Shown here: in pieces, positions 28,869 through 41,829 of the stretch | Layout: each line of letters starts with the position of its first letter | Position numbering within the stretch: position 1 is the first letter of the stretch | Assembly: GCA_963666735.1 (NCBI GenBank) | Contig: OY762926.1 | Location: forward strand, 800,001-864,000 | DNA from: Gemmatimonadota bacterium | Lineage (GTDB): Bacteria > Gemmatimonadota > Gemmatimonadetes > Palauibacterales > Palauibacteraceae | Direction of reading: 5' to 3' | Length of the DNA stretch: 64,000 nucleotides | Program-made: the position numbers and the translations under genes | Notes under the pieces: generated by a model | What the model was told of the DNA's origin: nothing | Databases searched by the model: none | What the model saw: the letters and a program-made list of their open reading frames with translations, nothing else

Positions 28869-29477
28869 TCAGGAATCCACAGGGGCCACGTGCGGTCGGA
28901 GGGCACGAGCCACATGCTTGCCGATCAGGTCCGCCTCGAGGTTGACCTTCGCGCCGGCCAAGAGGCGCCCCAGCGTGGTGTGGGTCCATGTATATGGGAT
29001 GATGGCGAAGCGCGCGATGGTCCCGGTCAGGCGGTTGACCGTGAGACTCACCCCATCGACCGCAAGGGAGCCCTGCGACACCGACACCCTCTCGAGGCCG
29101 CCGGGCAGTTCGACCTCGAGCACGCCCGACTCGTCTTCCCACCTGGCCGCCGCCACGGTCCCCACCCCATCGATGTGTCCCTGCACCATGTGTCCGCCCA
29201 GCGGATCCCCCGCGCGCAGCGCCGGCTCGAGGTTCACGGGATCCCCGACCCGCCAAGCCCCGATCGTGGTCCGCTCCAGCGTGGCCTCGACGACGTCGAC
29301 ATCGAAGGTCTCCTCCCGGAGGGCGACGACCGTCGTGCATACCCCCGCGAGCGACACCGAGTCCCCGTCCCGGAGCCGCTCGAGGAACGGGACGCGGGCG
29401 ATCGTAAGCCGGAGACCGGCGTTCCGGCGTTCGCGGCCGGCGATCTCACCGACCGCCTGTATGATTCCGGTGAACAC
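28869..29477 (-). CDS. ribE: Riboflavin synthase
   Basis: MFTGII N-terminus, GGHMVQGHID, DGVSLTVN. Confidence 0.95.
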   Translation of the reverse strand: MFTGIIQAVGEIAGRERRNAGLRLTIARVPFLERLRDGDSVSLAGVCTTVVALREETFDVDVVEATLERTTIGAWRVGDPVNLEPALRAGDPLGGHMVQGHIDGVGTVAAARWEDESGVLEVELPGGLERVSVSQGSLAVDGVSLTVNRLTGTIARFAIIPYTWTHTTLGRLLAGAKVNLEADLIGKHVARALRPHVAPVDS

Positions 29478-29489
29478 GAGTCCGATCGC

Positions 29490-30650
29490 TCAGAGGTTGT
29501 CCAGGGTCTCCTGGAGCTGATGGTGCTCGAACACGATCTGCGTATCCTGTCCGAGCGAATCTCGCTGCACGGGCAGCCAGTCGCCCTGCGTCGACGGCTC
29601 GAGGCCCGGAAACGCCGGCACGCCGTCCCGCCCGTAGAACATGGGGGCGATGAAGACATGGATCCTCTGGATGTGTCCCCCGCGAAGCAAAGACGCGGCG
29701 ACCTGCCCTCCACCCTCGACGAGCACCGAAAGCACGCCGCGGATGGCCATTTCGTTCCAGACGGCGCTCACGTCCAGCCTGTCGTCCTCGCTCCGCGGGA
29801 CTCCGATCACATCCACGCCCGCATCGCGAAGCGGACCCGCCCGCTCGTCGAATCCGTCCGAGTCGGGATCCGCAAAGGCCCACACCGGCGCCTGTGAGGC
29901 CGTGCGCACGAGCTGACTCGAGGGGCGGAGCCTGAGCGTCGTATCCAGGACGGCCCGTACCGGCGGTACCCGCGGCTCGACCTCTCCGCGGGCCGTGAGC
30001 AGAGGATCATCGACCGCGATCGTGTTGGAACCGATCAGGATGGCATCGTGACAGGACCGGAGACGGTGGACCTCGTCCAGCGCCCGTATGCCGGTCACCG
30101 GCGTGCGAACGCTCTCCGCGCCGAGCTTCGCGTCGAGGGAGAGCGCGAGCTTGAGCGACGCGAAGGGCACCCACTGCCGGTGAAACCAGAGGAAGGCCGC
30201 ATTCAGCCGCTTCGCCGCGTTCGCCTCGATCCCGATTTCGACGTCCAGTCCGGCCTGCCGCAACTCCTCCGCCCCCTGGCGCGCCTCCGGATTGGGATCT
30301 CGACAGGCGATCACGACGCGCCGCACGCCGGAGCGGATGATGGCGGCCGTGCACGGGGGCGTCCGACCGGTATGGCGGCACGGCTCCAGAGTGACGTAGA
30401 GCGTTGCGCCCGCCGCGCGCGGCCCGGCCTCCCGCAGCGCCACGACTTCCGCATGGTCGCCGCCGTATTCCGCGTGCCATCCGGTGCCGAAGACCTGGTT
30501 CCCGCGCGCCACGACCGCACCCACGAGCGGGTTGGGCGACACGCGTCCCTGTCCGCGCGGCGCCACCGCCAGCGCCTCGCGCATGTGCCGCAGATCCTCC
30601 GTGCGGCTCGGCGGCGCCCCCGCGATGGGGTCGAATCCCCGCGCGGTCAC
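29490..30650 (-). CDS. ribD: Riboflavin biosynthesis deaminase/reductase
   Basis: PNPLVG, HAE, TLEPC..GRTPPC, VEGGG. Confidence 0.95.
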   Translation of the reverse strand: MTARGFDPIAGAPPSRTEDLRHMREALAVAPRGQGRVSPNPLVGAVVARGNQVFGTGWHAEYGGDHAEVVALREAGPRAAGATLYVTLEPCRHTGRTPPCTAAIIRSGVRRVVIACRDPNPEARQGAEELRQAGLDVEIGIEANAAKRLNAAFLWFHRQWVPFASLKLALSLDAKLGAESVRTPVTGIRALDEVHRLRSCHDAILIGSNTIAVDDPLLTARGEVEPRVPPVRAVLDTTLRLRPSSQLVRTASQAPVWAFADPDSDGFDERAGPLRDAGVDVIGVPRSEDDRLDVSAVWNEMAIRGVLSVLVEGGGQVAASLLRGGHIQRIHVFIAPMFYGRDGVPAFPGLEPSTQGDWLPVQRDSLGQDTQIVFEHHQLQETLDNL

Positions 30651-31672
30651 GACCTCTCCAGGTGCACCTTGCCGCTGCCCTCGACGAGTTGACCGCATAT
30701 GAAAGCCTCGCATCCGGAGTCGCGAACCTCCTCGAGCACCTGCCCGGCCTCCTCCTCCCGCACGATCGCGACCATCCCCACGCCCATGTTGAAGGTGGAG
30801 AAGAGTTCCGCCTCGTCCGCCCCGCTTTCCCGCGCGATGACGTCGAACTCGTGCGGGCGCGGCCAACTGCCGGGACGCACCACCGCATCGAGACTCCCGC
30901 CGATGACCCGGTCGACGTTCCCGGGGATTCCGCCTCCCGTGATGTGGGCGAGTGCCCGCACGCGACCCGCCTCGAGGCTGCGCTCGAGGATCGACAGGTA
31001 GCTTCGGTGCGGACGCAGGAGGATGTCCGACACGGAGCCCCCGGCCCCCGGGAAGGGGTCGTGGACCCCGAGTTCGAGGCGGTCGAAGAAGAGGGCGCGC
31101 ACGAAGCTGTAGCCGTTCGTGTGGATGCCGCTCGAGGCGAGTCCGATGAGACGGTCCCCCGGCTTCGGATCTCGACGGGTCAACTCCGGGTAGGCGATCT
31201 CGCCCACCACGAACCCCGCGAGGTCGTATTCCCCCGGCGCGTAGAAATCGGGCATCTCCGCGGTCTCTCCCCCGAGCAGCGCACAGCCGTTCGCGCGACA
31301 GGCGGCGGCGAGGCCCGAGACCACGCGCGTCACGGTGTCCGGGTCAAGCACGCCGCAGGCGACGTAGTCCATGAAGATGAGAGGCCGGGCGCCTTCGACG
31401 AGGATGTCGTTGACGCAGTGGTTCACGAGATCGGCGCCCACCGTGTCGTGCCGGCCGGCCATGAAGGCGATCTTGAGCTTCGTCCCCACGCCATCGGCGC
31501 TCGCCACGAGTTCCCGGCCCGGCGTCGACCGGAACCGTCCTCCGAACGAGCCGAAGTCCGAACTCACGGCATCCGTGCGGGTCCCGTGGACGAGCCGGGA
31601 GAGCCGGGCCTTCGTCGCGCGAGCCGCCTCGAGGTTCACGCCCGCGTCCCTGTACGTCAGTCCGTCGTTCAT
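30647..31672 (-). CDS. purM: Phosphoribosylformylglycinamidine cyclo-ligase
   Basis: TYRDAGV, DGVGTK, GGETAEMP, HITGGG, TFNMG. Confidence 0.96.
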   Translation of the reverse strand: MNDGLTYRDAGVNLEAARATKARLSRLVHGTRTDAVSSDFGSFGGRFRSTPGRELVASADGVGTKLKIAFMAGRHDTVGADLVNHCVNDILVEGARPLIFMDYVACGVLDPDTVTRVVSGLAAACRANGCALLGGETAEMPDFYAPGEYDLAGFVVGEIAYPELTRRDPKPGDRLIGLASSGIHTNGYSFVRALFFDRLELGVHDPFPGAGGSVSDILLRPHRSYLSILERSLEAGRVRALAHITGGGIPGNVDRVIGGSLDAVVRPGSWPRPHEFDVIARESGADEAELFSTFNMGVGMVAIVREEEAGQVLEEVRDSGCEAFICGQLVEGSGKVHLERS

Positions 31673-31679
31673 GTTTCCT

Positions 31680-32651
31680 TCATGCTTCCACCCGCGGGGC
31701 TGGAACATCGAATCTCGTGAGCGTCCCGAAGCTTCGCACGCGGTCCTCCACTTCGGCCATGGTGAGCGTCGCCATACGGCGCGCGCCAAACGCTTCGCAC
31801 GCGAAGGAGCCGAGAGCGCAACCATACACGACCGCGCGCCTCAACGCCGGTCCCGTGATCGAACCGCGGCGCGCCAGGTATCCGAGCAGTCCGCCCGCGA
31901 ACGCATCGCCGGCCCCGGTGGGGTCGACCACATCGTCGAGCGGAAAACCGGGGGTGAGAAAGAACCCTTCGCTCGTGAGCAGCACGGCTCCGTGCTCCCC
32001 CTTCTTGATCACGACGTGCCGCGGGCCGCGGCTCTGAATCCAGCGCGCGGCCCGGGTCAGGTTGTGCTCCCCGGAAAGCTGTTTCGCCTCTTCGTCGTTC
32101 AGGGTGATCAGGTCGATCTTCGCGATGACCTCGGCGAGGCGCTCCGGCGTGCCCTCGATCCAGTAGTTCATGGTGTCGCACGCCGCGAGCACGGGCGACT
32201 CGATCTGGCCCAGAACCTCGAGCTGCAGGGCAGGGTCGATGGCGCCCAGAAAGGCCAGTGGCGCACTTCGGAACCTGTCGGGAATCGTCGGATGGAAGTC
32301 CGCGAAAACCCCCAGCTCGGTGAACGTCGTGTCCCTCGTATTCATGTCCCGGTGATAGAAGCCGCCCCACCGGAAGCTGCGGCCGGACCGCTGCTCCAGT
32401 CCGGATAGATCCGCGCCTCTGCGGAGGAGGAAGTCGAGTTCTTCCGTCGGATAGTCGTCGCCGATGACCCCGACGAGCTGGACCGGCGCGAACAGGGACG
32501 CCGCGGCGCTGAAGTTGACGGCCGTCCCGCCGACGACGCCCTCCCGGTGTCCGAGCGGGGTCGAAATCTCATCGAGGGCGACGCTGCCCACGACAAGGAT
32601 CGGCGCCGCTCCGGCCCGGCCGGCCTCGTGTCCGGAGGCGTGGACGGTCAC
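31680..32651 (-). CDS. PfkB family carbohydrate/nucleoside kinase
   Basis: VVGSVALD, DTMNYWI, DPTGAGDAFAGG. Confidence 0.9.
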   Translation of the reverse strand: MTVHASGHEAGRAGAAPILVVGSVALDEISTPLGHREGVVGGTAVNFSAAASLFAPVQLVGVIGDDYPTEELDFLLRRGADLSGLEQRSGRSFRWGGFYHRDMNTRDTTFTELGVFADFHPTIPDRFRSAPLAFLGAIDPALQLEVLGQIESPVLAACDTMNYWIEGTPERLAEVIAKIDLITLNDEEAKQLSGEHNLTRAARWIQSRGPRHVVIKKGEHGAVLLTSEGFFLTPGFPLDDVVDPTGAGDAFAGGLLGYLARRGSITGPALRRAVVYGCALGSFACEAFGARRMATLTMAEVEDRVRSFGTLTRFDVPAPRVEA

Positions 32652-34336
32652 TTCGCGTTCCGTGTCATGGTGTCGGGGGCGGAGAGGCCGAGCGCCCGCA
32701 GTCCGTTGCGCAGCGTGATCTGCACCGCGCGCGCGAGCCGGATTCTCGCGCCCCGTTCCGGGACGTCCGCCAGGATCCTTTGCGCCGGGTCCAGATTCCC
32801 CTGGTGATACCAGGCGTTCACGAGCCCCGCCGTCTCCTCCAGGTAGGCGCAGACCACGTGCGGAGCCCGGCTCGACGCGGCCGTCGCGATGACCTCGGGA
32901 AGCCTCAGGACGGACAGGGCGACTTCGCGCTCCGCCGGGGTGCCGAAGGTGTCCGGGACCTCGAGAGAGGCCCGAACCTCGTCGGCGACGATGCCCGCCC
33001 TTCGGAACACGCTGCACATGCGTGCATGCGCGTATTGGACCTTGTAGACCGGATTCGCGTCCGACGTATCCAGCGCGAGGTCGAGATCGAAGTTGAGGTG
33101 GACCTCCGCCCGGCGCATGAGAAAGAAATACCGCGCCACGTCCGGGCCCGTCTCATCGACGAGTTCGCCCAGCGTAACGAAGCGCCCGGCGCGCTTGCTC
33201 ATCCGGACTTCCCTGCCGTCGCGCAGGACCGTGACCAGCTGGATGATCAGGACCTCGAGCAGGTCGGGGTACGACAGGGCGCGCAGCGCCGCGAGCATGC
33301 GTTTCTCGTGGCCCTGATGATCCGCACCCCAGACATCGATCGCGGTATCGAAGCCACGCCGCGCCTTGTCGAGGTGGTAGGCGAGATCCGGCAGGAAGTA
33401 GGTGAAGGAGCCGTCGCTCTTGATGAGGACCCGGTCCTTCTCGTCGCCGTGACTGGAAGTTCGGAGCCAGGTCGCGCCCTCCGAGCGATAGATCAGGCCG
33501 CCGTCCTCCAGCGCCTCCAGCAGGCCGTCTATGGCGCCGGACTCGTAGAGGGAGCGCTCGGAGTAGAACAGATCCATGTCGACGCCGAACCGCGACAGGT
33601 CGTCCGCCTGTTCCTCACGGAGCAGCCGCACCGCCTCGCGCCGCAGATGCGCCCGCCGCGCCTCCGGCGTGAGCGAGCCGAGAACCCCGGGGCCAGCGGC
33701 GTCCCGAATCGTCGCCGCGGCGTCGCGGACATACTCGCCGTGATATCCGCCTTCGGGAATGGCCGCGGGCCGGCCGGCCGCTTCCTCGTACCGTGCTTCG
33801 ACGGATTGGCCGAGGAGTTCGATCTGCCGCCCGGCGTCGTTCACGTAGAACTCGCGCGTCACCTCGTGTCCGGTCCAATCCAGCAGCGACGCGACCGCGT
33901 CGCCGAGCGCCGCGCCACGGCCGTGGGCCACATGCAGCGGCCCCGTCGGATTGGCGGAGACGAACTCCACGTTGACGCGGAGCGGCGGCGAGGCCTGCGT
34001 CCGTCCCCAGTCGCGGCCCGCCTCGATGACCTCCGTCAGTCGAGGCCAGATGGATCGATCGGAGAGGCGGAAGTTCAGGAAGCCCGGGCCCGCGACTTCG
34101 ACCGCCACGATTCCCGCGGCCGCGGGGTCGATCAGTTCGCAGACCCGCGCCGCGAAGGCCCGCGGAGGCTGACCCAGTCTCTTCGCGAGCACGAGCGCCG
34201 CGTTGGACGCCCAGTCTCCGTGCGTCGAATCCCGCGGCCGTTCCAATCCCGGAGAGAAGCCTTCCGGGGCCCCGGCGGCGGAAAGGGCGGACCTGAGCGC
34301 TTCGGAGAGCCGGGCCAGCCCGGCGTCACCCGTCAC
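32648..34336 (-). CDS. argS: Arginine--tRNA ligase
   Basis: VEFVSANPTGPLHVAHGR, WGADH, MSKR, VQYAHAR. Confidence 0.97.
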   Translation of the reverse strand: MTGDAGLARLSEALRSALSAAGAPEGFSPGLERPRDSTHGDWASNAALVLAKRLGQPPRAFAARVCELIDPAAAGIVAVEVAGPGFLNFRLSDRSIWPRLTEVIEAGRDWGRTQASPPLRVNVEFVSANPTGPLHVAHGRGAALGDAVASLLDWTGHEVTREFYVNDAGRQIELLGQSVEARYEEAAGRPAAIPEGGYHGEYVRDAAATIRDAAGPGVLGSLTPEARRAHLRREAVRLLREEQADDLSRFGVDMDLFYSERSLYESGAIDGLLEALEDGGLIYRSEGATWLRTSSHGDEKDRVLIKSDGSFTYFLPDLAYHLDKARRGFDTAIDVWGADHQGHEKRMLAALRALSYPDLLEVLIIQLVTVLRDGREVRMSKRAGRFVTLGELVDETGPDVARYFFLMRRAEVHLNFDLDLALDTSDANPVYKVQYAHARMCSVFRRAGIVADEVRASLEVPDTFGTPAEREVALSVLRLPEVIATAASSRAPHVVCAYLEETAGLVNAWYHQGNLDPAQRILADVPERGARIRLARAVQITLRNGLRALGLSAPDTMTRNAK

Positions 34337-34671
34337 GAACCGGAATCGCCTTCCGACGACCCGGCTGAGGCGGCTCCGGACCTGGACGAGCCGCCGTCCC
34401 GCGACCGGGACGAGGCATCATCCGACCGATCGTCCGATCCATCGTTCGACGCCTTCGCGGCGGTGGATTTCCCGCCACCATCCGCCCCCTGCCGATAGTC
34501 GGTGGCATAGAAGCCCGGCCCCTTGAAGACGATCCCACCTCCGGTCGAGATGAGGCGCTCCACCTGCCCTTCCCCGCACTCCGGACAGAGGTGGACGACC
34601 GCGTCCGACATGCGCTGGAACTGCTCGAAGTCGTGTCGACAACTGCGACATCTGTATTCGTACGTTGGCAC
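34333..34671 (-). CDS. FmdB family zinc ribbon protein
   Basis: PTYEYRC..C, CPEC, FKGPGFYATDY, low-complexity tail. Confidence 0.9.
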   Translation of the reverse strand: MPTYEYRCRSCRHDFEQFQRMSDAVVHLCPECGEGQVERLISTGGGIVFKGPGFYATDYRQGADGGGKSTAAKASNDGSDDRSDDASSRSRDGGSSRSGAASAGSSEGDSGS

Positions 34672-34759
34672 TCGTGCCCCTGGATCAATCTGTGGAACGC
34701 CCAACCTGTCCGTTCAGCGAATGCTCCGCGGCGCCCTCGAGGCCCGGCAGCCGTGACTG

Positions 34760-36318
<1,559 letters not shown>

Positions 36319-36322
<4 letters not shown>

Positions 36323-36822
36323 GAAGTCTCCGCTTCGAGCGTCACGAGCACCTGATCGCGGTCCACGACGTCACCGGAGCGGACCGCGATTCCGGCCACC
36401 GTTGCCGGTTCCCGGGCGCGCAATTCGTTCTCCATCTTCATGGCTTCGATCACGACCAGCCCATCGCCGGCGTCCACGCGCTGCCCGGCTTCCGCGAGGA
36501 CGCGCGTGATCAGCCCCGGCATCGGCGCGCGCAGCTCTCGCGGTCCGCCGCCCACCGCGCTCCGATCCGCCAGCGCACGGAGGGCCCGGGTGCGTTCGTC
36601 CTCCACCGTGACGTCGAACGTCCGGCCGCGCACCGTCAGCCGCCACCCCCCGGGCGTGCGGCGCGCGAACACGCGATGGTTCGCCCCGTCCAGCACGAGT
36701 TGGACTTCGCCCTCCGCCAGCCACGCGAACTCGGCTTCCCGCTCCGAGCCGTTCAGGCGCACCCCGGAGACGAGCCGTTCGACCTCGAAGCTCCCGCCGT
36801 CCACCTCGACGTGGTACTTCAT
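36319..36822 (-). CDS. Biotin carboxyl carrier protein
   Basis: APMPG and EAMKMENE motifs. Confidence 0.93.
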
Positions 36823-36829
36823 GACGGCT

Positions 36830-38323
36830 TCACCACTCCCGACCCGCCCGCATCCACGCCGACAGTCCGTGCCCTCCGTCCCGGGAGCGGCGCCCACCGC
36901 CGGAAACCACGACGCGTGGCCGGTCCTGATCCGCGAGGAGCACGGCGGCCGCCAGGGCCACGTCGCGCAATCCGGGATCTGCGACCTCTCCGAGTCCGGG
37001 GTGTTCCTCCACGTACCTGATGGAGAGGGCGTTCGCCCGGTAGTCGGGTTCGTCCATCACCGCGAGATGCCAGGGGACCGTCGTTTCGACGCCGCCGATG
37101 ACGAGCCCTTCGAGCGCCGACCGCATGCGTCGGATCGCAGCCTCCCGGTCCGGAGCGTGGACGACCAGCTTGCCGAGCAGCGAATCGTAGTGCAGACCGA
37201 CCTCCGACCCGTTCCGGATCCCGCCGTCCCAGCGCACGCCGGGCCCCGCCGGGACTTCGAGCCGGTCGATTCGACCGATGGATGGGAGGAATCCGGCGGC
37301 GGGATCCTCCGCGTTGATGCGGCATTCGATCGCGTGCCCGCGCGCCGTGGGCGGATCTCCGCCGCCGAGCAGTGGAAGCCCCCGGGCGACACGCAGTTGC
37401 TCCCGCACGAGATCCACCCCTGTGACAAGTTCCGTCACGGGGTGCTCGACCTGAATACGGGTGTTCATCTCGAGGAAGAAGAACGCGTCTCCTTCGACCA
37501 GAAACTCGACCGTGCCCGCGCCGCGGTAGCCGACCGCCCGGGCCGCCCGCACCGCGACCTCCGCCATCCGGCGCCGGAGTACGTCATCGATGGCCGTGGA
37601 CGGTGCTTCCTCGATGAGTTTCTGGTGTCGCCGCTGGATCGAACACTCCCGTTCGCCGAAATCCACGGTCCGTTCGTCGTCGGCGAGCACCTGAATCTCG
37701 ATGTGGCGGGGGGAACGCAGGAAGCGCTCCGCGAACACGCGACCGTCACCGAAGGCGCTCTGCGCTTCGCGCGTCGCCTGCCCGAACGCTCCGGCCACCT
37801 CATCCGCGCCGGAGACGACGTGCATGCCCTTTCCGCCCCCTCCCGCCGCCGCCTTCAGGACGATGGGGAATCCGATCTCTCCAGCCGCGAGGACGGCCTC
37901 GCGCGCGGAAGCGAGCGGGTCGCTGCCCGGTAGAACGGGGACTCCGGCTCGCACCATACGCGCCCGGGCCCGCGTCTTGTCGCCCATGATTTCGATCGCC
38001 TCGGCGGGAGGTCCGACATGGACGAGTCCGGCGGCCCCGACGGCGCGAGCGAAACCGGCGTTCTCGGCCAGAAAACCGTACCCCGGATGGACCGCGCCCG
38101 CCCCCGTCGCCTCCGCGGCCGCGAGGAGCTTGTCGGTCGACAGGTAGCTTTCCGCGGCGGCCGCCCCTCCGATCCGGATCGCCTCGTCCGCGAGAAGCAC
38201 ATGCGGGGCCCGACGGTCCACATCGGAGTAGACCGCGACCGTCTCGAGGCCCTCCTCGTGGCAGGCGCGGATGACCCGAACCGCGATCTCGCCGCGGTTC
38301 GCGATCAGAACCTTGTCGAACAT
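36830..38323 (-). CDS. Acetyl/propionyl-CoA carboxylase, biotin carboxylase subunit
   Basis: ANRGEIA, HPGYGFLAEN, GGGGKGM, CSIQRRHQK, MNTRIQVEH. Confidence 0.95.
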   Translation of the reverse strand: MFDKVLIANRGEIAVRVIRACHEEGLETVAVYSDVDRRAPHVLLADEAIRIGGAAAAESYLSTDKLLAAAEATGAGAVHPGYGFLAENAGFARAVGAAGLVHVGPPAEAIEIMGDKTRARARMVRAGVPVLPGSDPLASAREAVLAAGEIGFPIVLKAAAGGGGKGMHVVSGADEVAGAFGQATREAQSAFGDGRVFAERFLRSPRHIEIQVLADDERTVDFGERECSIQRRHQKLIEEAPSTAIDDVLRRRMAEVAVRAARAVGYRGAGTVEFLVEGDAFFFLEMNTRIQVEHPVTELVTGVDLVREQLRVARGLPLLGGGDPPTARGHAIECRINAEDPAAGFLPSIGRIDRLEVPAGPGVRWDGGIRNGSEVGLHYDSLLGKLVVHAPDREAAIRRMRSALEGLVIGGVETTVPWHLAVMDEPDYRANALSIRYVEEHPGLGEVADPGLRDVALAAAVLLADQDRPRVVVSGGGRRSRDGGHGLSAWMRAGREW

Positions 38324-38339
38324 CCGGCCTCGGAGGGGA

Positions 38340-39887
38340 TCACAACGGGATGTTGCCGTGCTTCCTGGGCGGGTTGCGGTCGCGCTTCTCGGCCATGGCT
38401 TCGAGCCCCGACACGAGGCGCGCGCGCGTCTCGCGAGGATCGATCACGTCGTCGATGAACCCGCGTTCCGCAGCCAGGTAGGGGTTGGCGAATTTCGCCC
38501 GGTACTCCGCCTCCAGTTCGGCGGTGCGCGTCGCGGGATCCTCGGCCGCGGCGATCTCGCGCCGGAACAGGACCTCCACCGCGCCCCTTGCGCCCATTAC
38601 CGCGATCTCGGCGCTGGGCCAGGCGAGGTTGAGGTCGCCCCGGATGTGCTTGGACGACATCACGTCGTACGCGCCGCCGTAGGCCTTGCGCGTGATGACG
38701 GTGAGCTTCGGCACGGTCGCCTCGCAGTAGGCGAAGAGGAGTTTGGCGCCGTTTCGGATGATGCCCTCGTGCTCTTCCCTCAGTCCCGGGAGAAAACCGG
38801 GCACATCCTCGAAGGTCACCAGCGGGACGTTGAACGCATCGCAGAAGCGGACGAAACGTGCGGCCTTGATGCTCGCATCGCTGTCCAGGACGCCGGCGAG
38901 GACCGCCGGCTGGTTGCCGACGATGCCCACGGCGTGCCCCCCGAGCCGAGCGAAGCCGGTGATGATGTTACCGGCGTAATCGGCGTGGACTTCCATCAGG
39001 CTTTCGGTGTCGACGACCCGACGGATGATGTCGAGCATGTCGTACGGAAGCTTCGGATCGTCCGGCACGATCTCGAGAAGCGCCTCGCCGGACCGGTTCG
39101 CCGGATCCGTCGTCTCCCGCCACGGAGGCGTCTCCTGGTTGTTCGAGGGCAGGTAGGAAAGGAGGCGGCGAACGGCGCCAAGCGCCTCGACCTCGGTCGC
39201 CGAACGGAAGTGCGCGACGCCGGACCGGCTCGCGTGCACCGCCGCGCCGCCGAGTTCGTCGAACGTCACGTCCTCGTGCGTCACCGTCTTCACGACGCCG
39301 GGGCCCGTGATGAACATGTGGCTCACCCCGTCCACCATGAACACGAAATCGGTGATGGCGGGGCTGTAGACGGCCCCTCCGGAACACGGCCCGAGGATCG
39401 CGCTCAGCTGCGGGATCACGCCCGAGGCCAGCGTGTTTCGGAGGAAGATGTCGGCGTAGCCGCCGAGCGAGGCGACGCCTTCCTGGATCCGTGCGCCGCC
39501 GGAATCGTTGATCCCGATAAAGGGGGCGCCGTTCCGCGTCGCGAGGTCCAGCACCTTCACGATCTTGCCGGCGTGCGCTTCCGAGAGCGAGCCGCCGAAA
39601 ACCGTGAAGTCCTGGCTGAATACGTAGACGATGCGGCCGTCGATGCGGCCGTAGCCCGTGATGACGCCGTCGCCGGGGATGCGCCGGTCCCCAAGCCCGA
39701 AGTCCGTGCAGCGGTGCTCGACGAAGCGGTCCAACTCCACGAAGCTCCCCTCGTCAAGGAGGATCTCGAGGCGTTCCCGCGCACCCAGCTTGCCGCGCGC
39801 GTGCTGGCGGGCGAGCCGATCCGGGTCGCCGCGGGCGGCGCGCTCGGAACGGGCCTCGAGTTCGGCCAGCTTCTCGCGCATGCTCAC
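38340..39887 (-). CDS. pccB: Acyl-CoA (propionyl-CoA) carboxylase carboxyltransferase subunit
   Basis: [40 protein letters not shown]. Confidence 0.92.
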   Translation of the reverse strand: MSMREKLAELEARSERAARGDPDRLARQHARGKLGARERLEILLDEGSFVELDRFVEHRCTDFGLGDRRIPGDGVITGYGRIDGRIVYVFSQDFTVFGGSLSEAHAGKIVKVLDLATRNGAPFIGINDSGGARIQEGVASLGGYADIFLRNTLASGVIPQLSAILGPCSGGAVYSPAITDFVFMVDGVSHMFITGPGVVKTVTHEDVTFDELGGAAVHASRSGVAHFRSATEVEALGAVRRLLSYLPSNNQETPPWRETTDPANRSGEALLEIVPDDPKLPYDMLDIIRRVVDTESLMEVHADYAGNIITGFARLGGHAVGIVGNQPAVLAGVLDSDASIKAARFVRFCDAFNVPLVTFEDVPGFLPGLREEHEGIIRNGAKLLFAYCEATVPKLTVITRKAYGGAYDVMSSKHIRGDLNLAWPSAEIAVMGARGAVEVLFRREIAAAEDPATRTAELEAEYRAKFANPYLAAERGFIDDVIDPRETRARLVSGLEAMAEKRDRNPPRKHGNIPL

Positions 39888-39894
39888 GGGGCGC

Positions 39895-41829
39895 TCACCG
39901 GATGCCCATCGTTCGCCCGCGGGGCCGCGTGTCCGCGCGCAAGGTGTCCACGCGCACCGAGTCGCGCGGCGCGAAGGGGGACGGCGCGGCGCGCACCTCC
40001 GCCAGCCAGCGGAGAAGCTCCTCTCTGTCCGCCTCCGCGGGCGAACCGTCCACCAGCATGCGGATCTCGGTCGAGCGCCGCACGACGGATCGTCCGGCTT
40101 CGGGACGCAGGCGGCCCGTCACGCCCTCGATTTCCGGCCCCGACTCGAGGTACGCCGCGAGCGCGGCCGGGATCGGCAGTTGCGCGCCATCGAGCGCGGA
40201 GAGCACGAGGAGCGTCGCATCGTGTGCCAGCGCCGGCATAATGTTGTCCCGCAATGTCTTTCGGTATCGTCTCTCATAATCCGCGACAAATCGCCGCCAC
40301 GGCGTGCCCGGGCTGACGCGGTCCGTCGCAAGGCCGATCACGCGATGGTCCGTCGCGAAGCGCTCGAGACGACGCAGAGTAGCCGGTTCGGCCCACGCCT
40401 CGCTCCCCAGCACGATCACGTTGTACAGCCCGTAGTAGAAGAGCTGAGGGGCGACGGCGAGGACGCCGGACGCGGACGCCGCCGGCGCGAAGACGACGTC
40501 GGGCTCCGAGGCCGCGACGGCTTCGATGGGTCCCTGGAAGGTCGTGAGCCCGGGGTCGTAGCGCTCGTGCCCCACGAGCAGGCCGCCGTTCTCCCGAATC
40601 GTTCGCGTGAACGCATTCACGGCGCCTCCGAGTCCGACCCCGTTCGGCTCCAGCACGGCCACCCTCCGGAGCCGCAGTTCCTCCAGCGTCCAGCGCGCGA
40701 GTTCCTCCGCAACGTCCAAGACGCGCGTATCCGCGTCGTAAAGGGTGTACGTCGCCGACGCGGGCCTTAGCACATCCGTCGCCGTCGGGCTGATGATCGG
40801 GAGCCTCGAATTCCGCCGGGCCCGGGAAGCCGCCGCGAGAGACTCGGAGCGAAGCGGACCCACGATCGCGATCGCGTCGCGTCCCTCGAGCGCCCGCACG
40901 AGACCCGCCGTGTTCTCCGGATCCGATTCGTCATCGAGGAAGATGAGTTCGACCTCGAAGCCGGCCGGGCCCCCGCCGCGGTATCGCTCGACCGCGAGTT
41001 CGATCCCCTCGCGCAGCATCTGGCCCACTTCCGCGAGGTCGCCGGTGAGCGGCAGGATCGCGCCGATGCGCGCGCTGCCGCTGCCGAGCTCCGTTCCCGC
41101 CCCCGCGATCAGCTCCGCCGTGACCCGCTCGGGTGCGGCGGGTTGCCCGTCCAGGATGCGAGCGGCCAGGCGCCTCGCCTCATCTCCCTCCTGCTCGACG
41201 ATGAGCAGGCGGACGAGTTGCGTGTGAACGATCGCGGCCGCGGCCGTCTCGGGCGGGAAGTTCTCCGCCAACGGGCGCAATTGGCGTTCCGTAAGGGCGG
41301 CGGCCAACCGGCGGAGATTCTCCGCGCCGACGGTCTCCATCCCCCCGGGCGTGGCGAGGATCGCGGCGACCGCCTCGGGCTCGCGGCCCGTGTCCGAGAG
41401 AACCCGGACGAGTCGCTCCAGGGTGGCCGTCCGCAGGGGGCCGGCAGGGGCGTGGGCGAGGAGCGTGCCATAACGGTCCGCCGCGGGGCTCGGGAGCCTC
41501 TGCGCCTCCAGCGCCCGGCCCGCCACGGAAAGCGCGCGATCCGCGAGCGCCCGGAGAGGTTCCGTCTCGCGCCAGGCGGCGTTCAGCGAATCCCCGCGCG
41601 CCGCCGCCGCGGCGAAGCGCCCCTGCTCGAAGTCGGACTCGGCGACCCGGAGCGCGGCCAACGCTCCTTCCGCATCGACAGTGCTGGGCGCGGCCGTCTC
41701 GATGGGTGGGTTGCCGGCAATTAGCGCACAGCCCGCGACCGCGACCAGTACGGCGCCGCAGCCGAGGACCAGGCGCCCCCGCGCTGCGCTTCGCCGCTCC
41801 TGGAAGGGGCTACTCCCCTGCCTCACCAC
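39895..41829 (-). CDS. Lipoprotein with TPR-like and type-1 periplasmic-binding domains (LpoA/LppC-like)
   Basis: Lipobox VAGC, helical N-terminus, [19 protein letters not shown]. Confidence 0.75.
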   Translation of the reverse strand: MVRQGSSPFQERRSAARGRLVLGCGAVLVAVAGCALIAGNPPIETAAPSTVDAEGALAALRVAESDFEQGRFAAAAARGDSLNAAWRETEPLRALADRALSVAGRALEAQRLPSPAADRYGTLLAHAPAGPLRTATLERLVRVLSDTGREPEAVAAILATPGGMETVGAENLRRLAAALTERQLRPLAENFPPETAAAAIVHTQLVRLLIVEQEGDEARRLAARILDGQPAAPERVTAELIAGAGTELGSGSARIGAILPLTGDLAEVGQMLREGIELAVERYRGGGPAGFEVELIFLDDESDPENTAGLVRALEGRDAIAIVGPLRSESLAAASRARRNSRLPIISPTATDVLRPASATYTLYDADTRVLDVAEELARWTLEELRLRRVAVLEPNGVGLGGAVNAFTRTIRENGGLLVGHERYDPGLTTFQGPIEAVAASEPDVVFAPAASASGVLAVAPQLFYYGLYNVIVLGSEAWAEPATLRRLERFATDHRVIGLATDRVSPGTPWRRFVADYERRYRKTLRDNIMPALAHDATLLVLSALDGAQLPIPAALAAYLESGPEIEGVTGRLRPEAGRSVVRRSTEIRMLVDGSPAEADREELLRWLAEVRAAPSPFAPRDSVRVDTLRADTRPRGRTMGIR